A DNA stretch of 57,163 nt, from the NCBI GenBank assembly GCA_900088475.1, contig FLMG01003880.1, positions 1 through 57,163 of the forward strand, written 5' to 3'. Positions 22,649 through 37,900 of this stretch are shown here, piece after piece. Source of the stretch: Hyphochytrium catenoides. Its lineage: Eukaryota; Protista; Hyphochytriomycota. Position numbers and translations under genes: made by a program. How positions within the stretch are numbered: the first letter of the stretch is position 1; every line of letters begins with the position of its first letter. The notes under the pieces were generated by a model. The model made no database searches, was not told the DNA's origin, and worked only from the letters and a program-made list of their open reading frames with translations.

Positions 22649-24223
22649 ATGGCCGTTTCACCCACTAGTTCTACCTGCATCACTGCAGCATCTCTAGCCT
22701 CAGAAGAGGAGCTTGAGAAGACCCTCCAACAGCTGATTATGGAAGGACCTGGGACCAATGGGAAGAAAGTCGAGGAAATGCTCGCTTTGTGGGAAAAGAA
22801 AGAAAGCAGGCGCAAAACCACCGCTTTTATTTTCCGCGATGGCAGACCTGAAGGGAGAAAACTTCTTACTGCTTCCATCCTGCAGAGCTCGGACCGGACG
22901 CTGGAGCAAATATGCTTCTTCATTCACCAAGTTGCTATCCTCTCTTCTCGTAGAAAGCTTCTTGTTGATGCAGAAGCTATTACAAACATTGAGCAGCGTC
23001 TTGCATCTGCAGCTCCACCACAGGCAGTGGTAGTCTTAGCGCAGAGCGCCATCATTTCTCTCAAACATGGCCTGGTCGACTTTCAGACGTGTAAGGATGC
23101 GTGTATGTCACATGCTAGCAATCTCCTCGCTGAAGCCGTCAAGATGGAAGGTGACAGTCATTTTGGGGCCTTTTTATCCACCCTTGTCAACTTAGCAACA
23201 GACCACGTTGAGGAGCGCGTGGCTTCTTTCACCACGGTGCAGCCAGATCGCTTATTGCGTTACGCACTGGAGACATCATCCAACTTGTCCAAGCTTCGTA
23301 TTAGCATGTTGCTGAGGGCCTATTGTGATGTGATGGCAGAAATCTTCAAGAAGGTCGTTAAAGTCCCAAAAAATGTGGACCAAGAGACAAGGGACGCCTT
23401 CTTGTCACAGCAGGTGGAATGCTGGCTCTCACTACTCTGTCCGCTCCAAGAATCTAATTTAGGTCTAGCCTTCCAGTTTACAGAAGAAGCATTTTGTGAC
23501 TTGTTACAAAACTTACGAGGAGATTATTTTCAGGAGTGGTTACAGGACTCAGCAGCCAAGCAGCAATATGAAAAGCTGCAACCAGTGATCACTTGTTCTT
23601 TAATATTGAAGCAGCGCTGGAGCGATGAGAAAAAGCGACGACAGATTGCAGAAGATCGACTAGAGGATGTACAGGAGGCGCTGTGGGGTGAGAAGCAGAC
23701 TAGGGCGCAGGAAAAGCAGGCCATGGCGCAGGAAAAGCAGGCCATGGCGCAGGAAAAGCAGGCCATGGCGCAGGAAAAGCAGGCCATGGCGCAGGAAAAG
23801 CAGCTGGTCGCACAAGAGAAGGTGAAGCTACAAGAAGGGAATCGTCATTTAGAGCAAGAGCAACAGAAACTGCTTGACATTACGGAACACTACAAAAGGA
23901 TCAGCTTGCGCCTGCAGGAGAAGGAGGCGCACGTAGACCGGTTGTTGCAGCGAGAGAATGCGCAGCTCCGTCAGCAGCAATCTCAGCCACGCTCTCAGGC
24001 ACCACACTCTCAGCCACCACGCTCTCAACCACACTCTCAGGCACCACGGTCTCAGCACCAATCTCAACTACGCTCTCAGCAGCAATCTCAACCACACTCT
24101 CAGCAGCAATCTCAACCACACTCTCAGGACCAGGCCGCGGCGCTTCTTTTGACAGCCCTTCGTCGCTCGCATGAAGAACAAAGACCGTCTTCTTCTAGGC
24201 CACCCAAGAAAACGAAACGATAA
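22649..24223 (+). CDS. Intronless orphan helical/coiled-coil protein with tandem repeats
   Basis: Uninterrupted ORF of over 1.5 kb (first ATG at 22649) with (AQEKQAM)n, a Q/S/P/H-rich tail and a C-terminal PPKKTKR NLS-like end. No domain recognised. Confidence 0.7.
   Translation: MAVSPTSSTCITAASLASEEELEKTLQQLIMEGPGTNGKKVEEMLALWEKKESRRKTTAFIFRDGRPEGRKLLTASILQSSDRTLEQICFFIHQVAILSSRRKLLVDAEAITNIEQRLASAAPPQAVVVLAQSAIISLKHGLVDFQTCKDACMSHASNLLAEAVKMEGDSHFGAFLSTLVNLATDHVEERVASFTTVQPDRLLRYALETSSNLSKLRISMLLRAYCDVMAEIFKKVVKVPKNVDQETRDAFLSQQVECWLSLLCPLQESNLGLAFQFTEEAFCDLLQNLRGDYFQEWLQDSAAKQQYEKLQPVITCSLILKQRWSDEKKRRQIAEDRLEDVQEALWGEKQTRAQEKQAMAQEKQAMAQEKQAMAQEKQAMAQEKQLVAQEKVKLQEGNRHLEQEQQKLLDITEHYKRISLRLQEKEAHVDRLLQRENAQLRQQQSQPRSQAPHSQPPRSQPHSQAPRSQHQSQLRSQQQSQPHSQQQSQPHSQDQAAALLLTALRRSHEEQRPSSSRPPKKTKR
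23704..23803 (+). repeat. 21-bp coding minisatellite (4 perfect copies plus a partial)
   Basis: GGCGCAGGAAAAGCAGGCCAT repeated, encoding AQEKQAM. Confidence 0.95.
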
Positions 24224-24811
24224 ATGGAAATTGGTCAGTGCAGCTGTTCAGCTATCTGTTTCTAATGCTATTCCCTCAAAGACGTGAATTAGAAGTCCAG
24301 AAAGTGCTTCCAATAAAACAAATCTTATACATTGAACTATCGTATTTTGTAGCAGCGGCAATTACATCTACACCGCTTCGTAATGGAGTCCAAGCCACTA
24401 GTACCGGTCGTAGCTGGATAACCATCTAATTGGAAGGCAGAAGGGCGTGTAGGCAGATATCTGGATGGTCCGCAGCAAGGTTCACTATTTTTCTCTCAAC
24501 CCGGTCTCTGGTCTCCTTTTCCTAGTCCTAGCCAAGATATATTGGTGCCATGATGATAGCACATGTGAAGCTTTATCGATAGTTGGGCAATCTCTTGTCA
24601 CCAGGTAGACAAAACGTTGTCTGGTCAACGACCATTTTTCTTTTTTGTTTCCACCATCGTTTCTCAGCTTCTTTCTTATCCCCTTCACTAAACAACATGA
24701 ATTTATCGTAATCATCTTTGGAGACACATTAAAGCCTGTAATAGAGGGGACCAGCAAGGTTGTAAGAAAGCTTGCTCTTGACTGCGCTAGCAATCCAGTA
24801 AGTTGCGTGAG

Positions 24812-26626
24812 CTAAGATTGGCTCTGGGGAAAGGTAACATTTGCCGCTTGAGGCAGTGGAATCGTGGTTGCAAAGCTGCCAATATTGGTCATATTCACCG
24901 GTACTTGCTGTTGCGGCTGGACTGCTGGATCGCCATTAGGAGGAGGACCGCCAAAGACCCTCCGGAGAAAGGACGGTCTCTGCTGTTGTTGCTGAGGAGG
25001 CGGAAAAGGAGGCAGGACACTCTGAGGCACGTTGAGCCCAAACGCATAGTTAGTTGGAGGACCTGCGGGAGCGCTCGTGTGCTGCATTTGCTGAACCTGC
25101 ATGGATGTTACCATCTTCTTCTGTGCAGAGCTTCTGTACATTGCTTTCCTTTTGAATTGATCGTCAGCCTCAAAGTTGCTTCTTTGCCACTGGTGTGTTT
25201 GTGCGACCGACGTCATGTATGCCTTTTCTTTGGCGCCATAAGAGTGAGCCTTGGACATGAATTCTCCGGCGAGTTGAAGATCTTTCAATAAATCTGTGAC
25301 GTACTCGACATCATCAGGGGTGCTCAGTTCACGTTTTAAGTCTTCGAGCTGCTTTGTTGCCTCATTTAGCTTCTCTTTTGCTTCCTTCAGCTTACGAACA
25401 TCCGCCAGTTGCCCTGCGTCATCTAAAGCGTGGGCCGCCTTTATACGACAAAGATTCTTCACGACCAGTTCATTTTTCTTTTTTGTGGGTACGCCTTCTG
25501 GCCTCTGAAGGACGAGCGGGTAAGTCTCTGTTGTGATCTTCGAGTTGAGGACATCCACATATTCAAGCTGAACGTTGCCAAAAGTACTACTGGTACTGGC
25601 AGGAAGCTGTACTCTGAGCATTAGGGTTTTCTCGTCACCAGCAGAGACATCTCCAATGTTAACGCTCAGAAGAGAGCTGTTTCTTTCACTGAGTTGGTAC
25701 TGAGAAGACAGCAGGTCCAAAACCTGGTAACTATTTTGGTACTGAAGGGTTACCTTCACGTTCTGCGCCACGGTTGATTTCACCGCTCCAAGGCAGTCCG
25801 CAAAGCAAGATGCCACAGTGTCTACGGAGGAGACAAAGTAGTACATTCCACGGCCGTGCTCAGATATAGAGCGTAAGAGTGTCGCATCGTGGTCTTCTCC
25901 ATATCCGAAAGTCGATATCTTTAGACTTGGTAGCGTTGCAAGCAGTGGGACGAGGGTCTCCTTAATAAGAGACCAAGAGGTCAAACCAACGTTGGCATGA
26001 CCATCGGTCAGTAAAAAAAGAGCTTGCAAGCGCCTAGCACAGGTGGATTCAGCATCTTTGTTGGCCTTCTGCATCTGCCCAATGCCCGCAAAGAGACCAC
26101 CGGAGAGATTTGTGCTGTCCAGGTCTCTCAGTCCGTCCACAATCTTCTTTAGACGAGCTTTTCCTATATCATCCATAGGAATGAATTCGTGCACGCTAAC
26201 CTGGCTGGCAAAGGTCACTAAGGATACCCTGTCTCTCCGTGATAGGTACTGCATGAGACAGATGATGGTCAACTTGCACATATCCAGCTTCTGTCCTCCC
26301 ATACTGCCGCTCAAATCCAAAGCAATTGTCAGGTCAAGGCCAAGCCCAGCTTTGAAATTTCCATCGTCATCGACCTGGGTGTCGTCTTCGTGCCCCAGAA
26401 TGTTTAGCGCAAGGTGAGTTGCAGAGCTCTCTGAAGCTGCGTAACCATCCTGGGCTTCGAAGTGGTACGAAAGATGCAAGGCCTTTTGAGGACGCGCGTC
26501 CTGCTCGTTGACCATGGTACTTTTCTCTTCGTCATGGGCTTGACTCTCAACAAGCATAGGTTCGGCTGATCCAGCCAAGTCTGACACGACTTGCCACTCA
26601 GACTCAGGCTCCTGTCTGATGCTCAT
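24812..26626 (-). CDS. von Willebrand factor A (VWA) domain protein with a Vwaint-like C-terminal segment
   Basis: Intronless 604-aa ORF with MIDAS DLSGSM, STNLSGGL, LLTDGHAN, TFGYGEDHD and GMYYFV. The late motif THQWQRSN...MYRSSAQKKM is followed by a P/Q-rich tail. Confidence 0.88.
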   Translation of the reverse strand: MSIRQEPESEWQVVSDLAGSAEPMLVESQAHDEEKSTMVNEQDARPQKALHLSYHFEAQDGYAASESSATHLALNILGHEDDTQVDDDGNFKAGLGLDLTIALDLSGSMGGQKLDMCKLTIICLMQYLSRRDRVSLVTFASQVSVHEFIPMDDIGKARLKKIVDGLRDLDSTNLSGGLFAGIGQMQKANKDAESTCARRLQALFLLTDGHANVGLTSWSLIKETLVPLLATLPSLKISTFGYGEDHDATLLRSISEHGRGMYYFVSSVDTVASCFADCLGAVKSTVAQNVKVTLQYQNSYQVLDLLSSQYQLSERNSSLLSVNIGDVSAGDEKTLMLRVQLPASTSSTFGNVQLEYVDVLNSKITTETYPLVLQRPEGVPTKKKNELVVKNLCRIKAAHALDDAGQLADVRKLKEAKEKLNEATKQLEDLKRELSTPDDVEYVTDLLKDLQLAGEFMSKAHSYGAKEKAYMTSVAQTHQWQRSNFEADDQFKRKAMYRSSAQKKMVTSMQVQQMQHTSAPAGPPTNYAFGLNVPQSVLPPFPPPQQQQQRPSFLRRVFGGPPPNGDPAVQPQQQVPVNMTNIGSFATTIPLPQAANVTFPQSQS

Positions 26627-26754
26627 GGTGGATGTTTGCGCTCCAAAGTGGTTGTAGCTCCTGAGAGGAAAGTATAATAGACGGCGCTGACTGAGGCTGT
26701 TTTTTTGAACGATTTGTAGGGTTACGCTTTTCGTTGTAACTTCTCAAATGATAG

Positions 26755-27191
26755 AGATTGGTCCGCTGCTGCGCATCGGGGCTTCCTTAAAAGTTTTCTG
26801 CAGACTCGTCAAATGAGAAAGTACCCCTCGCAGTGTATGTGACAACCTGTAAAGCCAATCAGCCTTATATCTCTCTCCCTTGACGCATACAAGGAGGCGC
26901 ACTTACCCTACCTTGCCTTTCTCTTCATTCCTTACTCAATCTTACCTAGTTGAAGAGACTCGATGCTTGGATCACTTCTGAGCCTGGGATGAGCTGAAGA
27001 GAAGGGAAAAGGGCGAAGACGGAGAGAAGAGTTCTAGGAATGAAGTGCCACACACCTTTCCATCATTGAGCTGTCAACACAGAGGGATGACCACTGAGAA
27101 CGTTCTCTACGATGATTGGCTGGGGGATGTTCTTTTTGAAAGTTCCAGCCAATCAGAGAGGACCTCGGTCTGATGTGATAACCTATTGGCA
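26755..27191. promoter_or_regulatory. Cluster of CCAAT boxes upstream of the VWA gene
   Basis: gattgg (~26755), gccaatca (~26854), gattggc (~27114), gccaatcag (~27148) and attggc (~27185). Confidence 0.35.
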
Positions 27192-27497
27192 ATGGATCTT
27201 TACTTTGATATGTATAGGTCAAGCTGGTAAAGGCTCTGATTCTTTTATCAATTCTAGGGAGGAAAGGTTCTTAGTCCCACAATGCCCACAATGTCCAAGA
27301 GAAAGGCTGAGACCATCACTCTCTAGGGAAAGGAAGCGAGTGATTGTCTTCCTCCCTCTGGAAAGAACAGAACTTGCCCTTCTGAGGGCAGGAGAGTGTA
27401 GGTGATCAGAGTGACGGCCACTGCCCTTTTCATTTCTAAGATCAGTGCTCAAAGGTCTTGCGAAGACAGTGTGCAAGGTTCGGGCTTTGTTGATAAC

Positions 27498-27623
27498 AGG
27501 TTACTGTTGCGACGATCAATGTCATGAACATTGTTGTTGGATGTGGGTTTCAGTCAGTTAGGTTACCGTTGCGATGATCAATGCCATGAACATTGTTGTT
27601 GGATGTGGGTTTCGGTCAGTTAG
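27498..27623. repeat. 62-bp tandem duplication (2 slightly diverged copies)
   Basis: aggttac(t/c)gttgcga(c/t)gatcaatg(t/c)catgaacattgttgttggatgtgggtttc(a/g)gtcagtt at 27498 and 27560. Confidence 0.9.
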
Positions 27624-28707
27624 TGTCTTCTCCTGAATGAGATGCCATACTCCCCTAAGCTATTGTCGTAAGGCATCTCTGATACGTTATTTATGCACGA
27701 AGACCGACGCACCCTTTATACGATGCTTCCAAGTAGTTGCATAATAGTGATCGCTATCGCAGTTCAATGCATGCTGCAATACGGCAGAGACTAATCATGT
27801 ATATGTTCCCGTAGCTAAGTAGCATGTACGAGAGACAGTAGTACGGCGATTGTCCTTGTGACCCAACAACCCACCAGGGTCCTTGTTTTTGCTAAAAGAT
27901 TCCTATACGTGCCTAATAAGGGTGAAGTGTATCGACCTCCTCCACATATTGTGAGCTATCAACTGGTCCAATTTGACCCCAACTTGACGCCAAGCCAATA
28001 TTTTCTTATTTGGAATGTTCAACATTGAACTGCACAATACATCTATCGACTCAGTTAGCGCTTGTACGGATACCACTGTACCAAAGTAGCCGACGTCTTC
28101 TTCTATCCTGTCCGCCAAAAGGTATTATGGTCAGAGACAGAGCTGTTCATGCACGATGAAAACACCAGCACCTTTTCCTCCCGCTAACAGCCCTGAACTA
28201 CCGAACCGGAGCCATGGTAACCCTTGGGTGCCATCATCTACAAATGAAAATAATGTGCTAATACTGCTAAGCAGTGCCTGACAGGTGCTTTCCTTCTTTC
28301 CGCTACTGCATCCAGACAGAGCACTTCGCTTGGTTGGCTAAGGAAAAAGAATCTCTGCCTTGAGGGGCGTTACAATTCTCATAGTAAAAACTCTTCCCGT
28401 TGTCATGGACTCTCCTCCAGGATCAGAGCCTTTGAAAGGTTTCGAATTGTGAAAGAAACAATCTCTGAGGCTGTATTCTATGTTTGATACTGAAAGCTAC
28501 AGACAACTTTGAAAGTCTCAATAGCAGAAAGATTAGGGTGTTACAAAGGAGGAATAGGATTAGGTCAGTCCCGTTTCGAAAAGCTCTTCAGAACAAGGAA
28601 AACGGTTAATCCCTAGATTGCTAGTAAATTGTATGGGCACGATGGTGCAGGGGGTTACAACCTCCACTTGTGTGTCTGTGGGGCCACTGCGATGACAGAC
28701 AGTGATG

Positions 28708-28774
28708 TCCTCTCTCTCTCTCTCTCTCTGTCTCTCTGTCTCTCTCTGTCTCTCTCTCTCTCTCCCTCTCTCTC

Positions 28775-28819
<45 letters not shown>

Positions 28820-28900
28820 GCTCTGTCTCCTTGCCTCTCTCTTACTCTCTCTTTCCGTCTCTTTCTCTCTTGCTGTCTTTCATGCTTGCTCTCTCTCTCA
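28708..28900 (+). repeat. (CT)n microsatellite upstream of the MAPK gene
   Basis: Long CT/CTGT run. Confidence 0.9.
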
Positions 28901-29331
28901 CTCTTGTTGGCGTTCTTCCCTCTCTCATCTCCAAGTCTCGTCTGCTTGTCAACCTTCTCTCTCGCAGAACTCCCCTTCCTGTCCTCTTCTTTTGTCTTCT
29001 GTCTCGTCTATCCTCGCCCTCTGTCTCTTTCATTGGAATCACCGTCTCTCTCACCGCCGCCATCCCATTTCCCGGCCCAGGTTGAAGAGGAAGCAGCATC
29101 AACATGCTGCAATAGAGGCCACCGTTGGGTTGAGGTGTCGCGGAGCTGCTTAGTTCAGACGAAGAGAAAGGGACTCAGATCAAATTATAGCGCTGTCCAG
29201 GTGCAAATATGACTGGCTGCTAACAACTGGTTGCTTCTGGTCCGCTACGTCGCTTCATATAAATCAGGTTTGGCAGTCTAACCTAGAAACCAGACAGAAG
29301 CAGTGGGACCATTGCAGTCAGGGCCAGAGCC

Positions 29332-32714
<3,383 letters not shown>

Positions 32715-33064
32715 AGATAATATTGAGTATGATGACGCTTGCCTTAAGAGGTTATATAACAAAGAGGAGCTCACCGGCACATGGCATTAGGTTGTTAATA
32801 AGCGATAGAGCGTCTAAGCTTCATATGGCAAAAGGCACTGAGAGACTCGGAAGAAGTAACATATTGTACCCAGCAGCCGCCTTTCCTAAAAGTATGGCTA
32901 AAAGGATATCATTCGAGCTATTCATTGTCTCTCTCCTTCTCACTCTGTCGACCCGGTCGAACTATCATACAAAGACACTCCTACTCTACATTTGGTCATA
33001 GCAATGTACAGGGGATTTGATAGGTAGGTATGGGACAGTGACTGTAGCAGCTTCGGGTCTACCA

Positions 33065-33931
33065 CTAGTCGTTCAATGTACAACTCTTCGTGAAGACACT
33101 CCAGCCGATCGGAGAGATCTGCGCCCCTCTATATCTCCGCCCAAAGCGCAGTTTGCTTGACTCTTTACTCGGCATGGCTTCATCAGTCTTGCTCGTTAAA
33201 CTCCGCGTTAGACTGTCTCTTGATACCTCGTGAAGGAATCTGCCCGTCGCGCGATGTCTCTTATGACCTACGTCCTCTGCTGAACCGAGAGCAAACGTAG
33301 GTGAAAAGTCGTCCGACCGCCTTGTCTTTAAAGGCTTCCTTTCTGGAGATAGTGACAACTCCAAGGCTGCTATGCTCAACAAGCTGGTGGCTGGAGGAGT
33401 GCCGGCTACCGGGACGATGTCGAAATGAGGGCCATCGACTCGCCAGGGTTCTTCTGAGCGCTCTAACCGCTGCCTTTCAAGCTCAGAGGCCACACTCTCA
33501 ATGGGTAACCCCAAATCTTCTACCGTCTGACAGCGATCGCAGCGCGGAGACGTCATGTGGAACTCTGTCAAGCTGCTCGAAGAAGCAACCATAGTATGAC
33601 ATGAGAAGCAAAGGGACACCTGGACACCTGCCACCGGCTCTTTAAGCAAGCTCTCAGCTTGCGAGAGCTTCACAGTGTGAAAAGGATTGCGAGAGGTAGA
33701 CGGCAGTGCGTTGATCCATTTGCTCCAGTCTAAATGAACAAGCTTGGATCGCTTCAAGCTGCTGTGGAAGAAACCCTTAGGATCTACTCTGGAGGAAGAC
33801 GATGAGGCCTTCACCGCACGAGACCTTGGCTCTGGAGACAAAGAGACTTCCTCCTCTGACCCGAGGGCCGATAGATTAAGACATGCGGTGCTGCGCTTCA
33901 TGTTCCTGTTGGCCGTATATCTAGGCTGCAA
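33065..33931 (-). CDS. Hypothetical protein (probably the last exon of a gene extending toward about 34600)
   Basis: 288-aa open frame with a CFSC...CDRC cysteine pair. Upstream ORFs on the same strand at 33921-34608 may be further exons. Confidence 0.45.
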   Translation of the reverse strand: MQPRYTANRNMKRSTACLNLSALGSEEEVSLSPEPRSRAVKASSSSSRVDPKGFFHSSLKRSKLVHLDWSKWINALPSTSRNPFHTVKLSQAESLLKEPVAGVQVSLCFSCHTMVASSSSLTEFHMTSPRCDRCQTVEDLGLPIESVASELERQRLERSEEPWRVDGPHFDIVPVAGTPPATSLLSIAALELSLSPERKPLKTRRSDDFSPTFALGSAEDVGHKRHRATGRFLHEVSRDSLTRSLTSKTDEAMPSKESSKLRFGRRYRGAQISPIGWSVFTKSCTLND

Positions 33932-34694
33932 AACTCAAACGGGCAAGGGATACATACTCTTCTTGGCCCATAAAACCTGCCTGCATAAGCACTAATAAGG
34001 GATTCGGCTCTGCTCCCAGAGGATAGAAGCTGAGTAAACCTATCGAGCTCCTTTCGCGCAGCAGCTTGCTTGCGCCTTGGATAAGAGAAAGGTGTTCCAG
34101 AGCGGCTAAGTTGATGAAAGATCTGCTTCTAGAGAGATAAGCAGACCGCTCGAACAAAGTGCCTCTCCCTCGCTGCCTAAAGGAAGGGATAGATGCTGCG
34201 ATACTTGAGGATAGAGCACCTTTATCGGCTTTCCAGTCTCTGTCCAATGTACGAGGGCCCCAAGTACCTCCAAACCAAGACCAGCTTCGCTTTCAATGAA
34301 CGGATCTGAAGAGTTCGTCGCACCGACGATGTATCGTGGCTTTTGGTCTTTCACCTCTAATAATACTGGCGCAGCAGGATGGAAAAAGAAAGGTTCTTGC
34401 TTGTTTTACTGGTGCAAGCGTGCGAGTAATGGCACTGACGCGAGCGATCTCGGTAGTTATTCTTGACGGGATGACTCTGCCTGCCCGGCTGACCCTGCCA
34501 GCTTCTTTCTCTCTCGATCATTTGCTCTTGCTCTGCTGGGCGGGTTGAGCTGCGTGCTGTGCCTTGAACTACGAGCTCAGCAGATGGGCCTAGCATCATC
34601 GTCAGCACTGCTGCGGCTGGGCAGGTGAAGGCCAGGGTGAGATGAGAGGAGAGTTGAGTCGTCAGGAGAGGGAGGAGAGGATGGTTGCTGGCCG

Positions 34695-34829
34695 ACTTTT
34701 GTTCCTTTGTACTGTTCTTTGCTCTCTCTCTCTCTGTCTCTCTCTTGTCTTCTTTGTCTCTCTCTGTCCTCTGTTCTCTCTCCTCTTCTCTTTCTCTCTC
34801 TTCTCTCTCTCTCTTTCTCTTTCTCTCTT

Positions 34830-34862
<33 letters not shown>

Positions 34863-34980
34863 GTCTCTGTCTCGTGTTCTTTCTTTTTCTCTCTTTCAGT
34901 ATCTGTCTTGATAAAATCCCTCTCTTTTCTCTCTCTTATTATCTCTCTCTCTGCTCTGTCTCTCTCTCTTTCTGTTTCGC
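34695..34980 (+). repeat. (CT)n-rich low-complexity tract
   Basis: Extended CT/CTTT runs. Confidence 0.9.
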
Positions 34981-37900
34981 TCACTATCACTTAGTTTTTG
35001 GTCTCTTCAGAGCCATCCTTCCCTGATTGTAGTTGATAGCTAGCCGCCTACTACTACAGTGGTGTTAGAGATATTACTAAGCTAATAACACCCTTAGACC
35101 GTCCTTTCCTTGTAATACTACTCCATGACAGAGTTACATCCGAAAGGGAACAATGGCTCACTGTGGACAAGGGGTACATCCGAACTTTCCCTAAACAGAA
35201 ACATTTACTCAAAATAACCGAATTTAGATTAACCTCCCGAACTTTCGAGGCAACGATGAAAGATTAATTATTAGGAATGAGGCGTTCAGCAAAGGTCTCC
35301 GAAAGTAGTAGTAAGGTTCTTTTTCGAGTGAGGGCAGAAAGTTATAAAAGGAGGATTCCTTATGTATTTTCGGTACCTTGGTGCTTCTTTGTTGCCATTG
35401 TTTCCGTAAATCTTTCCTGTGTACCATCTTCAACCTCAACAGCAACCAAGGCAATCGATGCGGCAGCCGTCCAGGAGTGAGAGGCCTATTACTATCGAAT
35501 CAAGCCCTCTTAACCTATAGCGCTGAGCGCTAGTTCTATCTTACTACGGACCCGATTCAGTTCCACATCGATCTGATTCTCAATAAGCTCATTTCCGGTT
35601 GTAACTATTACGAATGTAAAACAATGCATTCTAAATAACGGTGATGTGGGTGTGATGAAGAGGCACGAGGAAGGAGGAGCTGTGGCTTTGGCAGCTCTGG
35701 TTCACCATCAGCGGTAAATGGAGAGGAAAGATGCCGCTGAAGAGCTGCTGGGAGGTCAAAGGACGGTCGAAGCCAGAGAGAGGCCTTTAGATAGAGGGTT
35801 CTGGCCTGCTCGCTCCTCTTCGCTGCACAGTAATAGCCTTCTGCGCCTTGAGGTGGTGGGTTCCTTGCTGAAGGACCTAAGTTATGAGGTGGCTGTGAGA
35901 TGAAGCAAGCTTGCTTTGAGAGATGGTGGTAGGGAGTTAAGAGGTGACTAGGAGAGGGAGGGAGGAAAGCTGATAGGGTGCCTTGATAATCCATAAGTAA
36001 AGGCGGTTGAGGGCTCAAGTTCAAGAGCAAGGACCGTTACACAGCCTAGGTGCCAGCGGCCCAAGTTGATGTTGAGACAGACCCTTGCGTATCACATGGA
36101 TTCTTTGATGGGTTCGCCCGGCACCACCAGTCCTTTCTTGTGAAAGCAGAAACACTGGCAGGAGTCAAAAGTGGCATTCGTTTGATTCGTTCTCTACATC
36201 GCTTAGAAAAGCTGACAACTTCAACCCAGACAGAGTTCGCTTCTTTCCTCTTCGCCCCCAGTACCCAGCACATACCACTTTGGATGGGATTAGAGATTAG
36301 CGCACCCGGTCCACGGAGAGCTGAAAGCACCAAGATCGGATGCACCCATGAAGTGCCTGCTCTCCTCCTTTCCTCTGGAGCATGTGGTTGACAGAAGCCT
36401 TCTCATTTGCTCTACTCTGTTCAAACTTTTCTAATCTTGGAACGAAAAGGTGACAACTTTTGAGAGTAGCTTGCCTTTCTAAATAGGGAACAAGGTCTCG
36501 TCCTCCAGTTACTATCCCATTGTAGAGAAGATGAACTCGTTGAACCTACTACTACCGTCATTGAATTTAAGTTGCTTCTTCAAGGTTGCTGCCAGTAGTC
36601 TTCTCCTCTATATCTAAAGGAGGCCATTAATTCTGTATGCAGCTCTACTTTCTAGAGTTGGGACGTTCCATGTAGTGTGGCCTTTGACTAATCACTAAGG
36701 AACAAGGCATCGGAAGCGCTCCCTAAAAAAGAATGGTACTACTACTACGGAACGCGGTAGTATAAGAAGGGGAGACGAAAGGTTCTCAAACAACTAATGG
36801 CATTCTGCTTTGTGGACATGGTAGTCAACAAACGGTACTCAGCTCTGTCGTCATCGAGCAGTAGTGGTAGTAGTGGTAGTTGCAGAAACAGAGGAAGAGG
36901 ACTGCTATTGACCACCCGGAATGGTCTCCACTGATCCACAGAGCGTCTCGAGTCGGTCGTAAGGTCAAGACATGTAGAGGAATGAGGATTTGGGGAAAAT
37001 GCTTCTACAACTAGCTGCTTCGCACAGGGCCGCCTGTAGGTAGCCCTAACATTGGACAAACACCTCTATCTAACCCTGTGCTGCTTCTTGATTTGGAAGA
37101 AATATGAGGAGACATACCGCCGGATTCCTTCGTGATGACAAACTCACTCATCCACGACCCTGTCTTTCTTCGTTCTCATTGAGTAGAGTCGTTATCAAGT
37201 ACACTGCATCTGGCAGCTTCTTCATCGGGATGACCTCTTGCTGTAAAGAAGCTCACAGCTGAAGGAGCAGGAGGAAGTGAAGCACTGTGGTGCGGCAGTT
37301 CAAGACCACGAAAATGGTCCCACCCATGGACATGTTATTGTCAAATGGTGGGGCGATTTATGAGCAACATCGGGCTACAAGCACTATCCATACACCCTTC
37401 CCAGCGCCCATCGGTAACGCGGTCGCTCCTTGCTCGTGGCGAACTCTTGTCTCTATCCTACACCCCGGTAGCTTGCATTATATGGCGCCGGCGCTTCCTG
37501 TTCTTGCCTATTGGAAAATGATAGTCTTGAGGTCGCTGGCTCCAGAAGCAGCAAACAAACCGTAGTTCAACAGTGTTCTTGCTCTTGAGCAAGAGAAGTA
37601 ACGGTTATAAGCTTCCACTTGCTTTGATAAAAAGAGTCAATATGGGTGGGGTCCGCGTCACTCGCTAAACCAGGGCGATATTGACTGAGAGAAACCCTAA
37701 TAAGAACAGGGGGAGAAAGGGGAAAACAAGAAGAAGGCAACTGGCTTCTCTAACTCTCCGCAATAACCGTATCTAGACGAGGAAGAAGAAGGCGCTTTCG
37801 TGTTGTTGGCTCTGCGTACCCTAGTGCTTATCCTCGATATGGTACCAGGGGACGAGGGGTGTTAAGGCATCCTTATTAAAAGAACACAGACCAGAGCTTC

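Noticed and set aside
18436-27623. Two-copy repeats (66 bp, 62 bp) and the 21-bp array considered as CRISPR-like
   Set aside because: They are head-to-tail with no unique spacers, there are no cas genes, and the context is eukaryotic.
27903-28118. 71-aa minus-strand ORF between the VWA and MAPK genes
   Set aside because: Short, with a non-ATG start and no recognisable motif or splice partners.
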